Shown one piece after another: positions 25,761 through 39,459 of a DNA stretch of 64,000 nt (position 1 is its first letter; every line of letters starts with the position of its first letter). The translations under genes were made by a program, and so were the position numbers. Below the pieces are notes generated by a model, which worked only from the letters and a program-made list of their open reading frames with translations, searched no databases and was not told the DNA's origin. The stretch comes from Octopus sinensis (Eukaryota), in assembly GCF_006345805.1 (NCBI RefSeq), contig NC_042998.1:138942001-139006000 (forward strand), written 5' to 3'.

Positions 25761-26521
25761 TGTATGTATATATATATAGTTGAAATTTACAGAAAAACAA
25801 AAGACAAAGACAGGTGTATAAACAAACAAGGTGTATTAGTTTGACACTTGGGAAGGTGAGAAAGGCTTTTATGTTTTGAGCCTACACACTTCAACAGAAA
25901 GGAACAAAATGAAATAAACAGAGAGAGAATAAAAAGAATTTGTGGATTTAACAGTCAATCATACGACTGGTTGGAAGAAGGTAGTTGGACAGGAGACTAG
26001 GAAGAAGGGGAGATAACAAAGTATTGGCGATTCCAAAATGAAAGTGCACATGCGTGTGTGTATGTGAGGGTGTGTAAGTGTGTGCATGCTAGTCAGCTAT
26101 CCCTGTACTTCAGCAGTTGAATAGTTTTCAATGTGTTAATTAATAAAGGTAAACATAATATGAGGCCAGTGTCATCAGTATGTCTGCTAGGGCTTAATAC
26201 AGATTGTCAGCAAGGTCACAGGATGATTTCAAAATGTGTCTCAACAACATCTACTCAGATGCATAAAGCTTTTGTTCTCAAGTTAGTCACCTGCTGTTCA
26301 TGTGAGAGCATCTTTTTATGCACACACACACACACCACACACACACACAAATACAAACACAGACACACACATATACACACTTGTGCACACATATAGCTTG
26401 TCTCTCTCTCCCTCTTTCTCTCTCTCTCATTTCTTTCTTCTTTTTCTTCTTCCACCACCTGTCTATCATTCTGTCTGTCTGTCACTCTGTCTCTCTCTCT
26501 CTATCTATCTAGCTATCTGTA

Positions 26522-26588
<67 letters not shown>

Positions 26589-26613
26589 TTATCTACCTAT
26601 CTATCTATCTATC

Positions 26614-26644
<31 letters not shown>

Positions 26645-27395
26645 CTCTTTCTCTCTTTCTCTCTCTCACCATCTCTCTCTTTCTCTCTATCTATCTAGCT
26701 AGCTATCCACTCTCTATTTATCTGTCTACTTGTCTAACCCTGCACATATTGTTTGTTATTTCACATCTTGGTGCCGCTAGTCTTAGCAGAATAAAAATTC
26801 CAATGCATTTGTTATTGTTGTTGCTGCTCTGATAGTAGTGTTTACACTGGTTGAGACAGAGGTAGTTGTGTGATGTTTGGGTAGTGTTTATATTTTGTGA
26901 TGGCCAATGTCAGAGTAGTGATTGTGATATATCTTTTTATCTTTCACTTGTTTCAGTCATTAGACTGCAGTCATGCGGGAGCACTGCCTTGAAAATTTTT
27001 AGTCAAATGAAGTGATCTCAGTACTTATTTTTCCCTTTTTCGTTAAGCCTGGTACATATTCTATCAGTCACTTTGCTGAACTGTTAAATTATGGGGACAT
27101 AACCACACCAACATCAGTTGTCAAGCAATAGCACAAAGACACACACACAAACAAATATAGCACCATTTGAGAGTGGCTGTTGCCAGTACTGCCTGACTGG
27201 CCCTCGTACCGGTGGCATGTAAAAGCACCCACTACACTCTTGGAGTGGTTGGCATTAGGAAGGGCATCCAGCTGTAGAAACTCTGCCAGATCAGATTGGA
27301 GCCTGGTGCAGCCATCTGGTTTACCAGACCTCAGTCAAATCATCCAGCCCATGCTAGCATGGAAAGCGGATGTTAAACGATGATGATAATGATGA

Positions 27396-27935
27396 TGACA
27401 AGCTTCTTTCAATTTCTGTCTACCGAATCTTATCACAAGACTTTGGTCAGCCTGAGGCTATAGTAGAAGACATTTGCCCAAGGTGTCATGCAGTAGAACT
27501 GAACCCAGAACGATGTGGTTGGGAAGCAAGTTTCTTATCACACAGTCACAGCTGCACCTATATATCTATTCTTGTTTATCATGGGAGTTTGGTCTCAAAG
27601 AAGCACAGTGATAAATGAATCATCTTCATGTAGTTTGTAAAGGAAATGAATAGCAAATTCATTGACATGACAAGCTTCTTTCAGTTTCTGTCTACCAAAT
27701 CCAATCACAAGGCTTTGGTCAGCCTGAGGCTATAGTAGAAGACATTTACCTAAGGCATCACACAGTAGAACTGAACCCAGAACCATGTGGTTGGGAAACA
27801 AGTTTCTTACCACACAACCACAGCTGTGCCTATATATCCATTGTCGTTTATCATGAGGGTTTGGTCTCAAAAAAGCACAGTGATAAATGAATCATCTTCA
27901 TGCACTTTGTGAAGGAGACATATGGCAAATTCATT
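27396..27935. repeat. Two diverged tandem copies (~270-bp period) of a SINE head plus adjacent unique flank
   Basis: Units start TGACAAGCTTCTTTCA at ~27396 and ~27667; both continue through GGTCTCAAA..AGCACAGTGATAAATGAATCATCTTCATG. Confidence 0.8.
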
Positions 27936-30279
27936 GACACCAAACTGCAGCACACAGCAGTGAAGCTTCTATCATCACATATTTTCTTGATCATCTCTAC
28001 CTTTCCTTGTAAAAAAATCACTTGTCTGCATTAATTGTTAGGACCAGGTGCCTTTGTATTTTCACTTTTCATCGTTGATGGGTGCCAATATGTAATTCAT
28101 TATAAAAATCACACAGCCTTGCTGCACAGTCATGTAAACACAAGTAATAGTGAGTGCATTCTGGGTAGCTAAGGACTGTGGGTAATTGTTGGGGTGCGTT
28201 CTTGTGGTACATGCAGAATCTCCAATGGATTGCTGACTCATGTTACCACAGATCACACTATGATAAGCATAACATGTTTCCATGTTTCACAATTGAGTAT
28301 ATTCCTTGTTATCCCAAATCAGAGATGAACGAATTAGTGACAACTGCTGTTGGTTTATTTACATCCCCCATAACTTAGCAGTTTGGCCAAAAGCAAACAA
28401 CAGAACAAGTACTAGACTTAAAAGAGAAATACTGGGGACTAAATCCTTCAAGGTGGTATCCCAACATGGCTGCAATCCAATGAGTGAAACAAGTAAAACA
28501 TAGAAAAAATATGTCTCAAGATTTATGAAAGTCATCATCATTATTGTCATTGTCGTCATTGTTATTTAACATCTGTTTCCATGCTGGCATGGGTTGGATG
28601 GCTTGACAGGAACTGGCAAGACCAGGGGCACACCAGGTTCCATAGTTTGTTTTAACTTAGTTTCTACAGCCAGATGCTCTTCCTCATGCCAACCACTTTA
28701 CAGAGTGTATTGGGTGCTTTTTTATGTGGCATCAGCATCCACACCAACGTTTTTGTTTTGTTTTTTGCACAAAAGTACATAAAATGTATGTGCTGACTCA
28801 CTGAATATCAAGCAATAGGGTCTGTCATCTTTCAGTACCATCATTTTAGGTCAGTGATTCCTATAACAGACAATGCTGCACCCTGGTATGGAACAATGGG
28901 TTTCCTAAGTGGGTATCACAAGTAAAAGTATTCCTGAGGGGCAGGGTTATAGAACTTTAGGTTACTCAATATAAAATTTTCCACATTATTTTACTGCGTT
29001 TTTCTACTGAGTAAATTTTGAGAATCTCAAGGAAATGGAAACTCAAAAGCAAAAACCACAATTCCTGTGAAAGGAAATGCATTGATTTTGAAAAGATCCT
29101 TCTCTAAGAGAGAACACACTACAATTCTTGAATCATGTCATGAAATAAATGTAGGAATTGCAGCACCACAATCAGACTGTTGAGAATTTTACACCAAAGT
29201 TTGGTGAGATAGAAGTATCCCATTCTTATAATCAACAAAAAAGAAAAAGCTACTAAATTTGAACTATTTTTCTTTGATTTCCTTTAATTTTATATCATTT
29301 CATTTCACTTCTTTTAGTCAATTCTTCATTCTTTAAGAATAATCAATTTTATACTAATAATAGAAACCTTTCCATAGTTAAACCTGAGACACTAATTCTC
29401 TCTCATCTATAGCTGTTGAACTTTGACTTTTATAAGTCTCACATACACCCAGAAAACACACACACATGCACACACACACACACACACACATGCACACACA
29501 CACACACACATACACACACAATACTTTTTCTTCCTCTCAGATTTTTCAGATAGAAATTTGAGAATAAGATATCAATACTCAACAGAAAAGAAGAGAGAGT
29601 GAGGAGAGAGAGAGAAATAAGAAAACACCTTGGGAAACAATAACAACAACCACAATATTAAGCATTTCGGAAAAATAAATTCCAAAAGGGTTTCTTTTGC
29701 ATTCTAAAGTTGTTTGTTTTGTTTTTTTTGTTTGTTTTTTTTGTAATATAATAGTTGTAGGCAACTTCATACAGTAACAGCATACACCACCCGCTGGCTG
29801 TGATTCAGAGTTGTATGACAACTTCATTTTCTAATTGCAGCCAAGACACTTTTCTTGTGTTGTTAATGTCCTTGAGAAAAGCATGAAGACATAGACCTCT
29901 AAAAGAAACTAAAGGAAGTGGTGAGTAGTCGAGTACAGAGGTAAGACTCTAGCAAGGCTCCAAATCATGAACCAGTTTTGATTCCTTAATATCTGACCAA
30001 AATATTCTTTCTGTTTTATATTCAAACTGGACAGATCAGGCCTTCACACTAACCCTACAATATCATTCTAAAAATTAACAGTTATATCTTAAAAATCTGA
30101 AAGCCATAATATAAAGCATGATCAATTCAAAACAATGTGAGTGAATAAGCTTTACATTTGACAGAATAATCTGAATGCTAAAGGGTTAATTTAGGCATAG
30201 CTTTTCATTTTCAAAGCCACTGTATGTTAAGCAGCATCATTTTTGCTTTTCTTTTTTTCCCCTTCTAGTTCTAATTTAG

Positions 30280-30361
30280 GACATTGTGGACAAGTGGTTA
30301 AAGCAATGGACTAGAAATCTATTGGAGTTTTCTTGCTTAGGTTCGAAAACTTTGGTAATAG
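30280..30361 (+). pseudogene. Decayed tRNA-Ser(AGA)-derived sequence
   Basis: GTGGACAAGTGGTTAAAGCAATGGACTAGAAATCTATTGGAG...AGGTTCGAA: A box, anticodon arm with AGA (30313-30315), long variable arm, B box. Acceptor stem is broken. Confidence 0.7.
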
Positions 30362-30897
30362 ATAATTTATTTTTTAATGGTAGTGCCCCAGCATGGCTAC
30401 AGCTTCTGAAACCAATAATAGAATGATAGAAGAATGTCCACTGTCATGGAACTGATAGGTCATTACAATCTGAGTTTTTGTTTAAGCTGTGGCCCTCCTA
30501 AGTTTAGCTAGTGGGCCATACCTTTTTTGTCCATATTCATTCGACATGGTTTCATTCAACTTGATGTCCTTCCTAATGCCAACCACTTTATAAAGGGTAC
30601 TGGAATCATTTTTTCTGGCACCAGCTCTAGAGAGGTTGCCATACCTTCAACAAGGCAAAACTAAGAGTTCCCTTGGCTCTATGGTATCTCCATTAGTTCA
30701 TCTACCACTTCACAAATGGCACATGAAGCCCTCTATTGCAACACTAGTGCTTGTGAGGCTTCCTTGCCCAAGGATCCTCTTAAATCTAAATAGTCTTCAC
30801 CAATTCTGAGTAATGTGAGCCTTAGTGGGTAGAAGAAAGAATAAATGCAAAAAGGACCAGGATGAGATGCAGAGAAAGAGAAACAGATTGTGATTAC

Positions 30898-31017
30898 CAT
30901 ATCTTTCTTATATTCTTCTCTCATCAGTCGTTGTTCTTCCTCTTTCTGTTGGATTTTCATCTCAGACTCAACAAGTGCATCAAGAGATGTTTGCATTTTC
31001 CTGAGAGCATTTTCTCG
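30898..31017 (-). CDS. DRC3: DRC3 coding exon 5 (RENALRKMQTSLDALVESEMKIQQKEEEQRLMREEYKKDM), coiled coil
   Basis: Acceptor TTTTTTAG, donor GTAATC, 120 nt, phase 0/0. Position and coiled-coil character fit the human segment preceding TAFVEHL. Confidence 0.85.
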
Positions 31018-31758
31018 CTAAAAAATATGAGAAAAAAGTGGCTATGTGGTTAAGAAGTTCACATTGCAAATATGTGGTTTTAGGTTCTGTCTCATTGCAT
31101 GGCACCATGGGCAAGTGTCTACTACTGTAGATCCAAGACATGTGAGTGAATCTAGTAGATAGAAACTGTGTGGAAGTCTGTTGTGTGTGTGTGTCTTTTT
31201 TCTTCATCACCCACTGTTTGACAACTGGTGTTGGGTTGTTTGAATCCCCCCATAACTTAAAGTTTGGCAAAGGAAAAAAATACCACCAGAGTAAGTACCA
31301 GAAAAGAGAAGTACTGGGGTCAGTTTGTTTTATAAAACCCTTTCAAGGCAGTACCCCAGTATGGGCTGCATTCCAATTACTGAAACAACTAAAAAAAATA
31401 AAAGCTAAAAAGATGACTACTGAGATACAGCTTGTTATGAGTGGCAGCTATATGAGGGGAAAATTAACTACTTTGCAAAGACCTCTCTGCAAGCTTCATA
31501 GAATCATACCAAACTTCTTTGCCTCTCTCTTGACATCTCTCACAATCGGTAGCAGATGGAAAATATTTCCAGCTTTCTTAGCTAGGGATAGTGACATAGC
31601 TAAGGACAGTATATATTAACAACAGAGGCAGTATTAATACCAAGAGATAATATTTATTCCCACTTAAATATGACTGTTCTGTTAGAACAAACTTTATGAG
31701 CATTTCTCTTGTGTTACCTACTGCAGTGAAGTTTGTTCTAACAGAACATCCACATTAA

Positions 31759-32270
31759 CTGTAAATCCTCGAGTATAATCCGCATTTTTTTCCCAAAATT
31801 TAAAGGTCAAAATCCCTAGTGCGTACTATATATGAGGTTAAAAATGAAAAATATTTTCTAAGCAATGTCCAAGTCTCTATTTGCTGTCCAGCAATGTTTA
31901 TTCAGACACATTTTGTGATGTCGGGCGCGAAAATACCTTAAGCTAAGCCTGAAAGCAATGAAGTCATAAAAGAATCATCCATAATTTGCAGTAAGCAACA
32001 TATATTAAATGTTATTACTGTTATTTCTTTATTTTCTGCAAACAAAATGCACAAAAAAGCTACATGTTGGCATTATGTTATATATACAATAATAATAAAG
32101 GACGTTACCATATACATTTTTACAAACCAAGGACGTTATATGAACCTCCTTGACTCAAGTTAGAGAAGAGGTGCGTATTATACACAAGGTTTAGGTTTTT
32201 CAGAGGTACAGCCCCCTAAAAATCCCCTGCATATTATACTCAAGGGCGGACTATACTCGAGGATTTACGG
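31759..32270. mobile_element. pogo/Tc2-type MITE
   Basis: TIRs C(T/C)GTAAATCCTCGAGTATA / TATACTCGAGGATTTACGG; right end followed by TA. Confidence 0.8.
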
Positions 32271-32891
32271 TAAGTGGAAATAAATATTACCTCTAGCTAA
32301 AGAAAGATGCCAACAAACAGTGCACCATTGACAATTTTCAGCACATAACTCTGCAGAATGCAGAGTTTTAAGATTTTGGTCAAGGTGCTCATGAAGAGGT
32401 TGGTGCTTTTTGTTAGTAAGTTAGGTCAGTAGTGCACAGATAAAACTACTGTATGATTTCTGGCTATTCTATATTCACAAAGGGACTGGAAGAGTGATGA
32501 CATGATGTCACAACTGCAAGCAGACAGCCTCTTTCTTACGAGGGTCTGTGGTGAGGCAAGTCGTGTGCTGCAAGCAGTCATGGTGTAATAGTCCTTGTTG
32601 GCGAGGAATCGGCAGAGTCGACATGTGGTTATAACTGTGAGGTTTGGCTGGCTTTCCCATGATCCGACATTTGGAGTGATTGTCAACAGTTGCAACTCAA
32701 AGTAAGAGCAAACTTTACTTCATGCCTTACAAAAACACAATCACAAAAGGATGAAAGGCAAAGTTGACATTGGCAGCATTTGAACTCAAAACATAAAGAA
32801 CCAGAAGAAATGCCAAGTAATTTGTTCAACATGCTAACGCTTTTGTCAGTTCACTGCCTGTGTTGGTATATAATACTGATAATGAAGATGG

Positions 32892-32957
<66 letters not shown>

Positions 32958-32958
32958 A

Positions 32959-32991
<33 letters not shown>

Positions 32992-33456
32992 CGTTCAAGA
33001 ATTTGGACCTGGAGATCTCCATTTCCAACGACATCGAGGGCCACCTCCCAGTGGTGTCAGGTGTCAATGAAGAGCCCTCGACTACAACAAGACGACCAAA
33101 TTTTTTTTTCCAAGGTCTGGGGTCTCCAGCCCCTAAACCCTAGACCATGACCTAATCACCCTTACCTATCTTGTTGCTTAACAACAACAACAACAGCAGC
33201 AGCAGTAGTAGTAGTAGTAATAGTGGAGGTGGAAATGCTGATGATGACGATAGCCATGTGATGTAGTGTTAATAATAGTATTGTTAATAGTAGGTTTAAT
33301 AATGCATGTGGAGGAGAGAGGGACTAGGAATATATCGTTGTTGGTTCTGGCAGTAGTAATGACTGATGATGGTAGTGGTGGTGGTGGTGGTGGTTGTGGT
33401 GGTGGTGGTGGTGGTGGTAGTGGTAGTAGTGTTAAGATATAAGAAAGAATACTTAC

Positions 33457-33603
33457 AAATTCTTCCTTGACTAAGGCATAATCGACATACTCCACCCAGT
33501 TGAGATAAACAACAACTGTCGTTTTATAGTCTTCCATCTCACAGAAGGGATTACCAGCTAAGTTAATCATTTTTAGCTTTTTGAATTTTCGTAGATACAA
33601 GAT
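33457..33603 (-). CDS. DRC3: DRC3 coding exon 4 (ILYLRKFKKLKMINLAGNPFCEMEDYKTTVVVYLNWVEYVDYALVKEEF), last LRR and LRR cap
   Basis: Acceptor TTTTTTCAG, donor GTAAGT, 147 nt, phase 0/0. Matches human IIYLRRFKCLRTLSLSRNPISEAEDYK. Confidence 0.95.
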
Positions 33604-33839
33604 CTGAAAAAAGGTTAGACAATTAACATTTATTAGCATTGATAGATAATCCATGAGAAAGAATCACAACCATGTGGTCTTGGGTTCAATTTCACTACAA
33701 GGCACTCTGGACACATATCTTCTACTATAGCCCCAGGCCAACCAATGCCTTGTGAGTAGATTTGATTAGATGGAACCTAAAAGAAAACCAACACACACAC
33801 ACATACACATACACACATACACACACACACATATATATA

Positions 33840-33915
<76 letters not shown>

Positions 33916-34309
33916 GTATATATACTTTTATTGGTTTCAGTCATCTCACTGCAGCTTTCTGGGAATTTATCAAACAAATTGACTCAAAGGCCTATTTTTT
34001 AAGCCCAGTACTTATTCTACCAGTCTCTTTTGCTGAACTGCTAAGTTACAGGGATGTAAATATACTAACACTGGTTGTCAAGTGGTGATGGGGAGGACAA
34101 GCACAGACACAAAGATATATACATATATAGACAACGAGCTTCTTTCAGTTTCTGTCTACCAAATCCATTCATGAGGTTTTGGTCAGCCTGAGGCTATAGT
34201 GGAAGACATTTGCCTAAGGTGTCACACAGTGGGACTGAACCTGGAACCATGTGATTGAGAAACACGCTTCTTACCACACAGCCACACCTAAAAAATAGAT
34301 GGATTGTGG

Positions 34310-34392
34310 TTCACTACAGCTGTTTCAGACATGTTTTTTATTGATGGGCAGAAGTGTTGCATCACGCAAAAAAAGTGTTTTCATCAGGTAAA
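34310..34392 (-). ncRNA. Type I hammerhead ribozyme motif (intact core, partly decayed stem II) in DRC3 intron 3, sense strand
   Basis: TTTAC-CTGATGA-AAACAC...ATGTCT-GAAAC-AGCT-GTA^GTGAA. Stem I is 5 bp with one G-U; loop III is palindromic (ACAGCTGT). Confidence 0.65.
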
Positions 34393-35982
34393 TATTAGAA
34401 CTTCTCAAGAACAAGTACATAGTGCCAAATGATTCAGATCACCCAAATGTGGTCAGAGAGTGAAAAGCTCAAGTTAGTATCAAGTTAATAATGAGGAAAT
34501 CCTAAAAAGTAAAGGGATAAAGCAGGGTAAAGGTCCTTCCCAAGTTATACAGAATCATAGGGCTGGTTTCTTGGTTTCTCCAGTGTTTATATTCCTCACT
34601 GGATAGGATGTTGGTCGATTACAGGATTACTCATTTTTGCCAGCTGAGTGGACTGGAGCAATGTAAAATGAAGTGTTTTGTTCAAGAACACAACGCCTCA
34701 CCTGGTCCAAGAATTGAAACCACAATCTTACAATCATGAGTCCAACACCCTTAACCGCTAAGCCATACACCTCCATATTCATTAAAGAGCCTGGATCAGA
34801 AAGGGAAATAGATGAAGTATGAGGAAGTAAGTGGAGAGAGAAAGACCAAAACGAGGAGAGAGAAGAGAGCACATGATCTTGTTTGACCTCGTAAAGGGTT
34901 ATAAATAAAATTAATGTTGTTTCTAAATAGTTGATAGGGTCTTTATACTGATAAACAAGAGTAATCATTTAATATACATAATTACAGAATAGCTACTATT
35001 AGTTTCACACTTTTATGACACATTAAATTAATAGATTTATATAACATGCCATGTATCTTCTCCAAGCAATCTTTCAGGCTCAGTTCATCATATGTTAGAT
35101 ATATTTAAAACCAGGACACTGGACAATGAGAAAACATGAGAGAAGAGCCAGGAGAAAAAAAAATAATGCGAAGAAGGTTGATGCAAAAATGTGGAACAAA
35201 AAGAAAGAAAAGAAAAGTAAAAAAAAAACAAGATCTTCATCTGCTTTGATTGTAGAAATCATAATTAATGTAGTTTATGCAGAATCTGTGAGAGAGCAAC
35301 TCAATATGAAGCAGGCAGTATTCTCCAGTTATATTATTATGATGATGAAAATGATGATGATGAGGATGAAGAAGATGATGATGATAATGATGATGATAAT
35401 TATGATGACGACAAGAATGATGATGATGATGATAATGCCAATAACAATGATGACGATGATGATGATGATGATAATGATGACAATGATGATGATTTTGTTT
35501 ATTATATATGTAGTGAATATATGTAGTGAGAACTACGGGGACAAGTCTTGGTCTTGAAAAGTTAAAAACAGGATTTTTACAGTTTGATGTTGCAAGTAAC
35601 AAGAGAGACATCTAATTAGAAAGTGTTTTGTTGGCTCTCAGCGTTGATACTGCTCTGCAATATGACCAAAGATTAACATTGATTCAGTCACTATGACAAT
35701 AATGTCTTTGTAGTCATTGTCACTGATGTCATCATTATCATCATCATCATCATTACTATTATCATCACTGCCAACATCAATACCACAATCATCATCACCA
35801 CCACCACCACCACTATTACTATTATCATCACCTTTTAGCATGCATGTTCCATGCTGGCATAGAGTGGACAGTTTGGCACCTAGAAATGCATTGTGCTCCA
35901 ATGTCTGCTTTGGCATGGTTTCTGTGGGTGGATACACTTCATAACATTAGTTTCTTTACAGTAATAATAAATAATTGCGCCC

Positions 35983-36468
35983 TTTTAAAGCCTAGCCAGG
36001 CTCATGGGCCTGGTTTCCTGGTTTCAATGACATATGTGTTCCGCAGCTGGATGGAATGCCAGTCCATCGCAATGTTACTCATTTTTGCCAGCTGAGTGGA
36101 CTGGAGCAACGTGAAATGAAGTGTTTTGCTCAAGAACACAACGCGTCGCCCGGTCCAGGAATCTAAACCACAATCTTACGATCATGATGCTGACACCCTA
36201 GCCACTAAGCCACACGCCTCCTGTGTCCTTTTAAAGTCTAGCCAGGCTCATAGGCCCGGTTTCCCGGTTTCAATGATGTTATGTGTTCCCCAGCTGGACG
36301 GGATGCCAGTCCATCACAATGTTACTCATTTTTGCCAGCTGAGTGGACTGGAGCAACGTGAAATGAAGTGTTTTGCTCAAGAACACAACGCATCGCCCGG
36401 TCCAAGAATTGAAACCACAATCATATGATCATGATGCTGACACCCTAACCACTAAGCCACATGCCTCC
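35983..36468 (-). mobile_element. Two head-to-tail copies of a tRNA-derived SINE
   Basis: ~240-bp units at 35983-36220 and 36229-36468 with a tRNA-like head (GTGGCTTAGTGG...GATTCC). Further copies at ~34560-34775 and ~24095-24240. Confidence 0.8.
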
Positions 36469-36742
36469 ACTACTTTACAGTATTGGGCACTTTTTTTTTT
36501 GTGGAACCAGCTCTAATGAGATCATCATGCAGATCACAAGAATAAGGTTATCTTCAAATGGATGTTGTGGGGTGGGGTAGGCCAAAGTACAAAGGGAGGC
36601 AATTTTATACCTGGAGATCAGAAATGAAAGTATGAGAGGAAAGACCAGAACAGAATAGATTTTTAGCTGTAAAGGTATCACATGGCTACTCACAAGGAGT
36701 GAGCAGGGTGGAGCTTGAAAGAGAGAACATTCTCTTACTCAC

Positions 36743-36909
36743 CATTCGGAGATCATTAATATCATTATTTCCAAGTGAAAGAACTTCCAAGTCCATTAAA
36801 GTATCCATGTTTGCAATGGTTGATATTCTGTTATTATACAGAGAAAGATCAGTCAATTTTGTTAGGTTATCCAGCCCTTCAATTTCTTCAATATTGTTAA
36901 AGGACAAAT
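36743..36909 (-). CDS. DRC3: DRC3 coding exon 3 ([56 protein letters not shown])
   Basis: Acceptor AAATAG, donor GTGAGT, 167 nt, frame-consistent. LRRs match human [29 protein letters not shown]. Confidence 0.95.
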
Positions 36910-37599
36910 CTATTTAATAAAGAGAAAATGGTTAAATATTATTTGGTTTTCTCTTCCTCAACAAGAATGGTAACTAGTTACTCCACCACTATAACAATAA
37001 CAACAACAGAATCCTCTTAAAACAAAAGCACCCTGTATATTTTGCAAAGTGGTTGGCATTAGGATGGGCATCCAGCCCCATAGAAACTTCACTTAAACAA
37101 GCATCAGAGTCTGATGCTGTCAACTAGCTTGTCAGATTTGGTCAATCTGTACAACCCATGACAGCATAGAAAATAAACATTAAATGATGATGATGATGAC
37201 AATGACGACAACGATGACGGCAATGATGATGATGATGATCTATGCAATTCCATTTTACAAACATTTTACATTGTTATTTTAGTTTGGTATATCAACAAAT
37301 CAGTAGAAGTGGGTTTTTTTTCTATATTAAATTTGATATTAGAGTGAAGAAGAGGGGACACAGAACAGAGACTAATTAAACATGATAAATTCTCAACTGA
37401 AGAATCATCAGGTTATATTTTTGCCATTGAAGCCTTGCTATAGTCAATGCACTGAAATATTCTACCTCCGTTTACTCAAATGCAAAGAGCCAATAATTGT
37501 ATTTGATCAACTAAGTAAACTTATACAAATTAAATCAACCAAATCAATGAAGGAACCAAATTTCTTTTCACAAATTACTCACCAGCTTTGAGACTATGT

Positions 37600-38470
37600 T
37601 TTTGAATACTGAAACACACAACAGCATGCATTCTTCCAATTATGACATGGTGGTTGCTGATACAGTGATGATTAATCCTTTTATATCAACCTGTATGAGG
37701 CCACCCTTAATTCTGGGAAACTAACTTCCTGTTGAAAATTATCTCAATTAAAAACCATAATTAGGATAGCTATTGAATTTGAGAAGAGGTATGAAATAAG
37801 AGCTGATACAGATCTCTCCCCAAGGAGCATTGGTAAAGTCTATTTATCAGAAAAACCAAGTAAAACAATGGAGCAGTTCACTAAGAAGATAGTACTTGGA
37901 TACTTGACATGAAAAACATGAACCATAGAAGGGACTGATCGTGTCAAGAGCTTGCTGTGGGGTACAGACAAGTTTATGACATTCCTCTTTGAAGGCTTCC
38001 TCCAGACAATTCAAGAACAAGAGTTCCCCACAAAGTACCTACAGCATAAGAAGCAGAAAACATTAACAGGCAACAAATGTAAGCTGTGTAAGACCAAGAC
38101 TGTAGACATTAACCACATTATTGCCAACTATGAGAGAATGTCTTCCCATGAAGTATGATGCAGTGGCCAGAACAGTCTGGAACAGGATAATAAAGAAGAA
38201 AACATCTACAGACCTATTTGACTATTTTGAGGCTGGTAGATCAAAAGAATATTGGTGATACTTAAAAAATAAATCTGCCACCAAGTTAAAACACAACCAG
38301 CTAGATGTAGTTGCATGAAATCAGAAGGGAAAGGTAAGTTCTGCTCTGGAAATCAGCTGCTCTCAGGACACCAATGTGGTTAGAAAATTACAAGGAAAAG
38401 AGGAATCATTAATAAAGAGTTTGTAAATCCAGTACCCAAGATACACTTTCAGTTTCATACTTATTATTAT
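37600..38470 (+). mobile_element. RLE-type LINE 3' fragment, same family as 10500-11500
   Basis: FEGFLQTIQEQEFPTKYL and KCKLCKTKTVDINHIIAN zinc-finger motifs; decayed KHNQLDVV (PD motif). Confidence 0.7.
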
Positions 38471-39342
38471 TGAAACAGCAGGATACATACAAAACTATCT
38501 AGAGCAAAATATGGCTGAACTTGGGATCTTAGGGAGAGAATGCAAATCTTTAATTCATATTCAACAAATGAGCCGGTGGCATGTAAAAGGCACCATTCGA
38601 ATGTGATCGTTACCAGTGCTGCCTTACTGGCATGTGTAAAAACATTCGAGCGAGGTTGTTGCCAGTACCACCTGACTGGCCTCCATGCCAGTGGCATGTA
38701 AAAGCACCCACTACACTCTCGGAGTGGTTGGCGTTAGGAAGGGCATCCAGCTGTAGAAACTCTGTCAGATCAAGATTGGAGCCTGTTGCAGCCATTCTGG
38801 TTTGCCAGCCCTCAGTCAAGTCATCCAACCCATGCTAGCATGGAAAGTGGATGTTAAACGATGATGATCATGATCATGATATCAGGGACTATAAAAATCT
38901 GCAGGACCTTCTTCAGATTTAAATGATAATGGTTAAAATGAGATGATTTCCTTCACAACCTTACTGCCAAGTACTATAAAATTACTCTAAAATTAAAAAG
39001 AGAAAATGAAAGAGACCAAATGAATAAGCAGGCGGGTGGGTGAACAAACAAACAAATGAATGTACATACATGCATGCATGTATGTATGTATGTATGTATG
39101 TATGTATGCATGCATGCATGCATACATACATACATACATACTATGGGCTTCTTCTAGTTTACGTCTACCAAATCCACTCTTAAGGCTTTGGTCAGCTAAG
39201 AGCGCTCTAGCAGTATGGTTGGGAAGCAAGTCTCTTAATCTCACAACCATGCTGGCACCTTTAACTGAATGAATAAAAACTGCTGAGTGAATGTCAGTGG
39301 AATGGGGAAAAAGAATTTCAAATGTAAAAAAATACCTCTTAC

Positions 39343-39459
39343 CCAGCCACACAAGGTTTATAAGTTGATCCAATCCTTCTATTTTTTCAATGACATTATT
39401 ATCAAGTTGTAGTTTGGTCAGTTTAATGAAGCACCATAAGTTGTCAATCTTCAGAATAT
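39343..39459 (-). CDS. DRC3: DRC3 coding exon 2 (N-ILKIDNLWCFIKLTKLQLDNNVIEKIEGLDQLINLVWL), leucine-rich repeats
   Basis: Acceptor TTTGTCAG, donor GTAAGA, 117 nt. Phase 1 continues exon 1. SDS22-like LRR matching human NILRIDNLWQFENLRKLQLDNNIIEKIEGL. Confidence 0.95.

Noticed and set aside
25861-25900. Possible minimal hammerhead relic (CTGTTGAAG...CTCAAAACATA) on the minus strand
   Set aside because: Several core positions differ; it cannot be supported from this copy alone.
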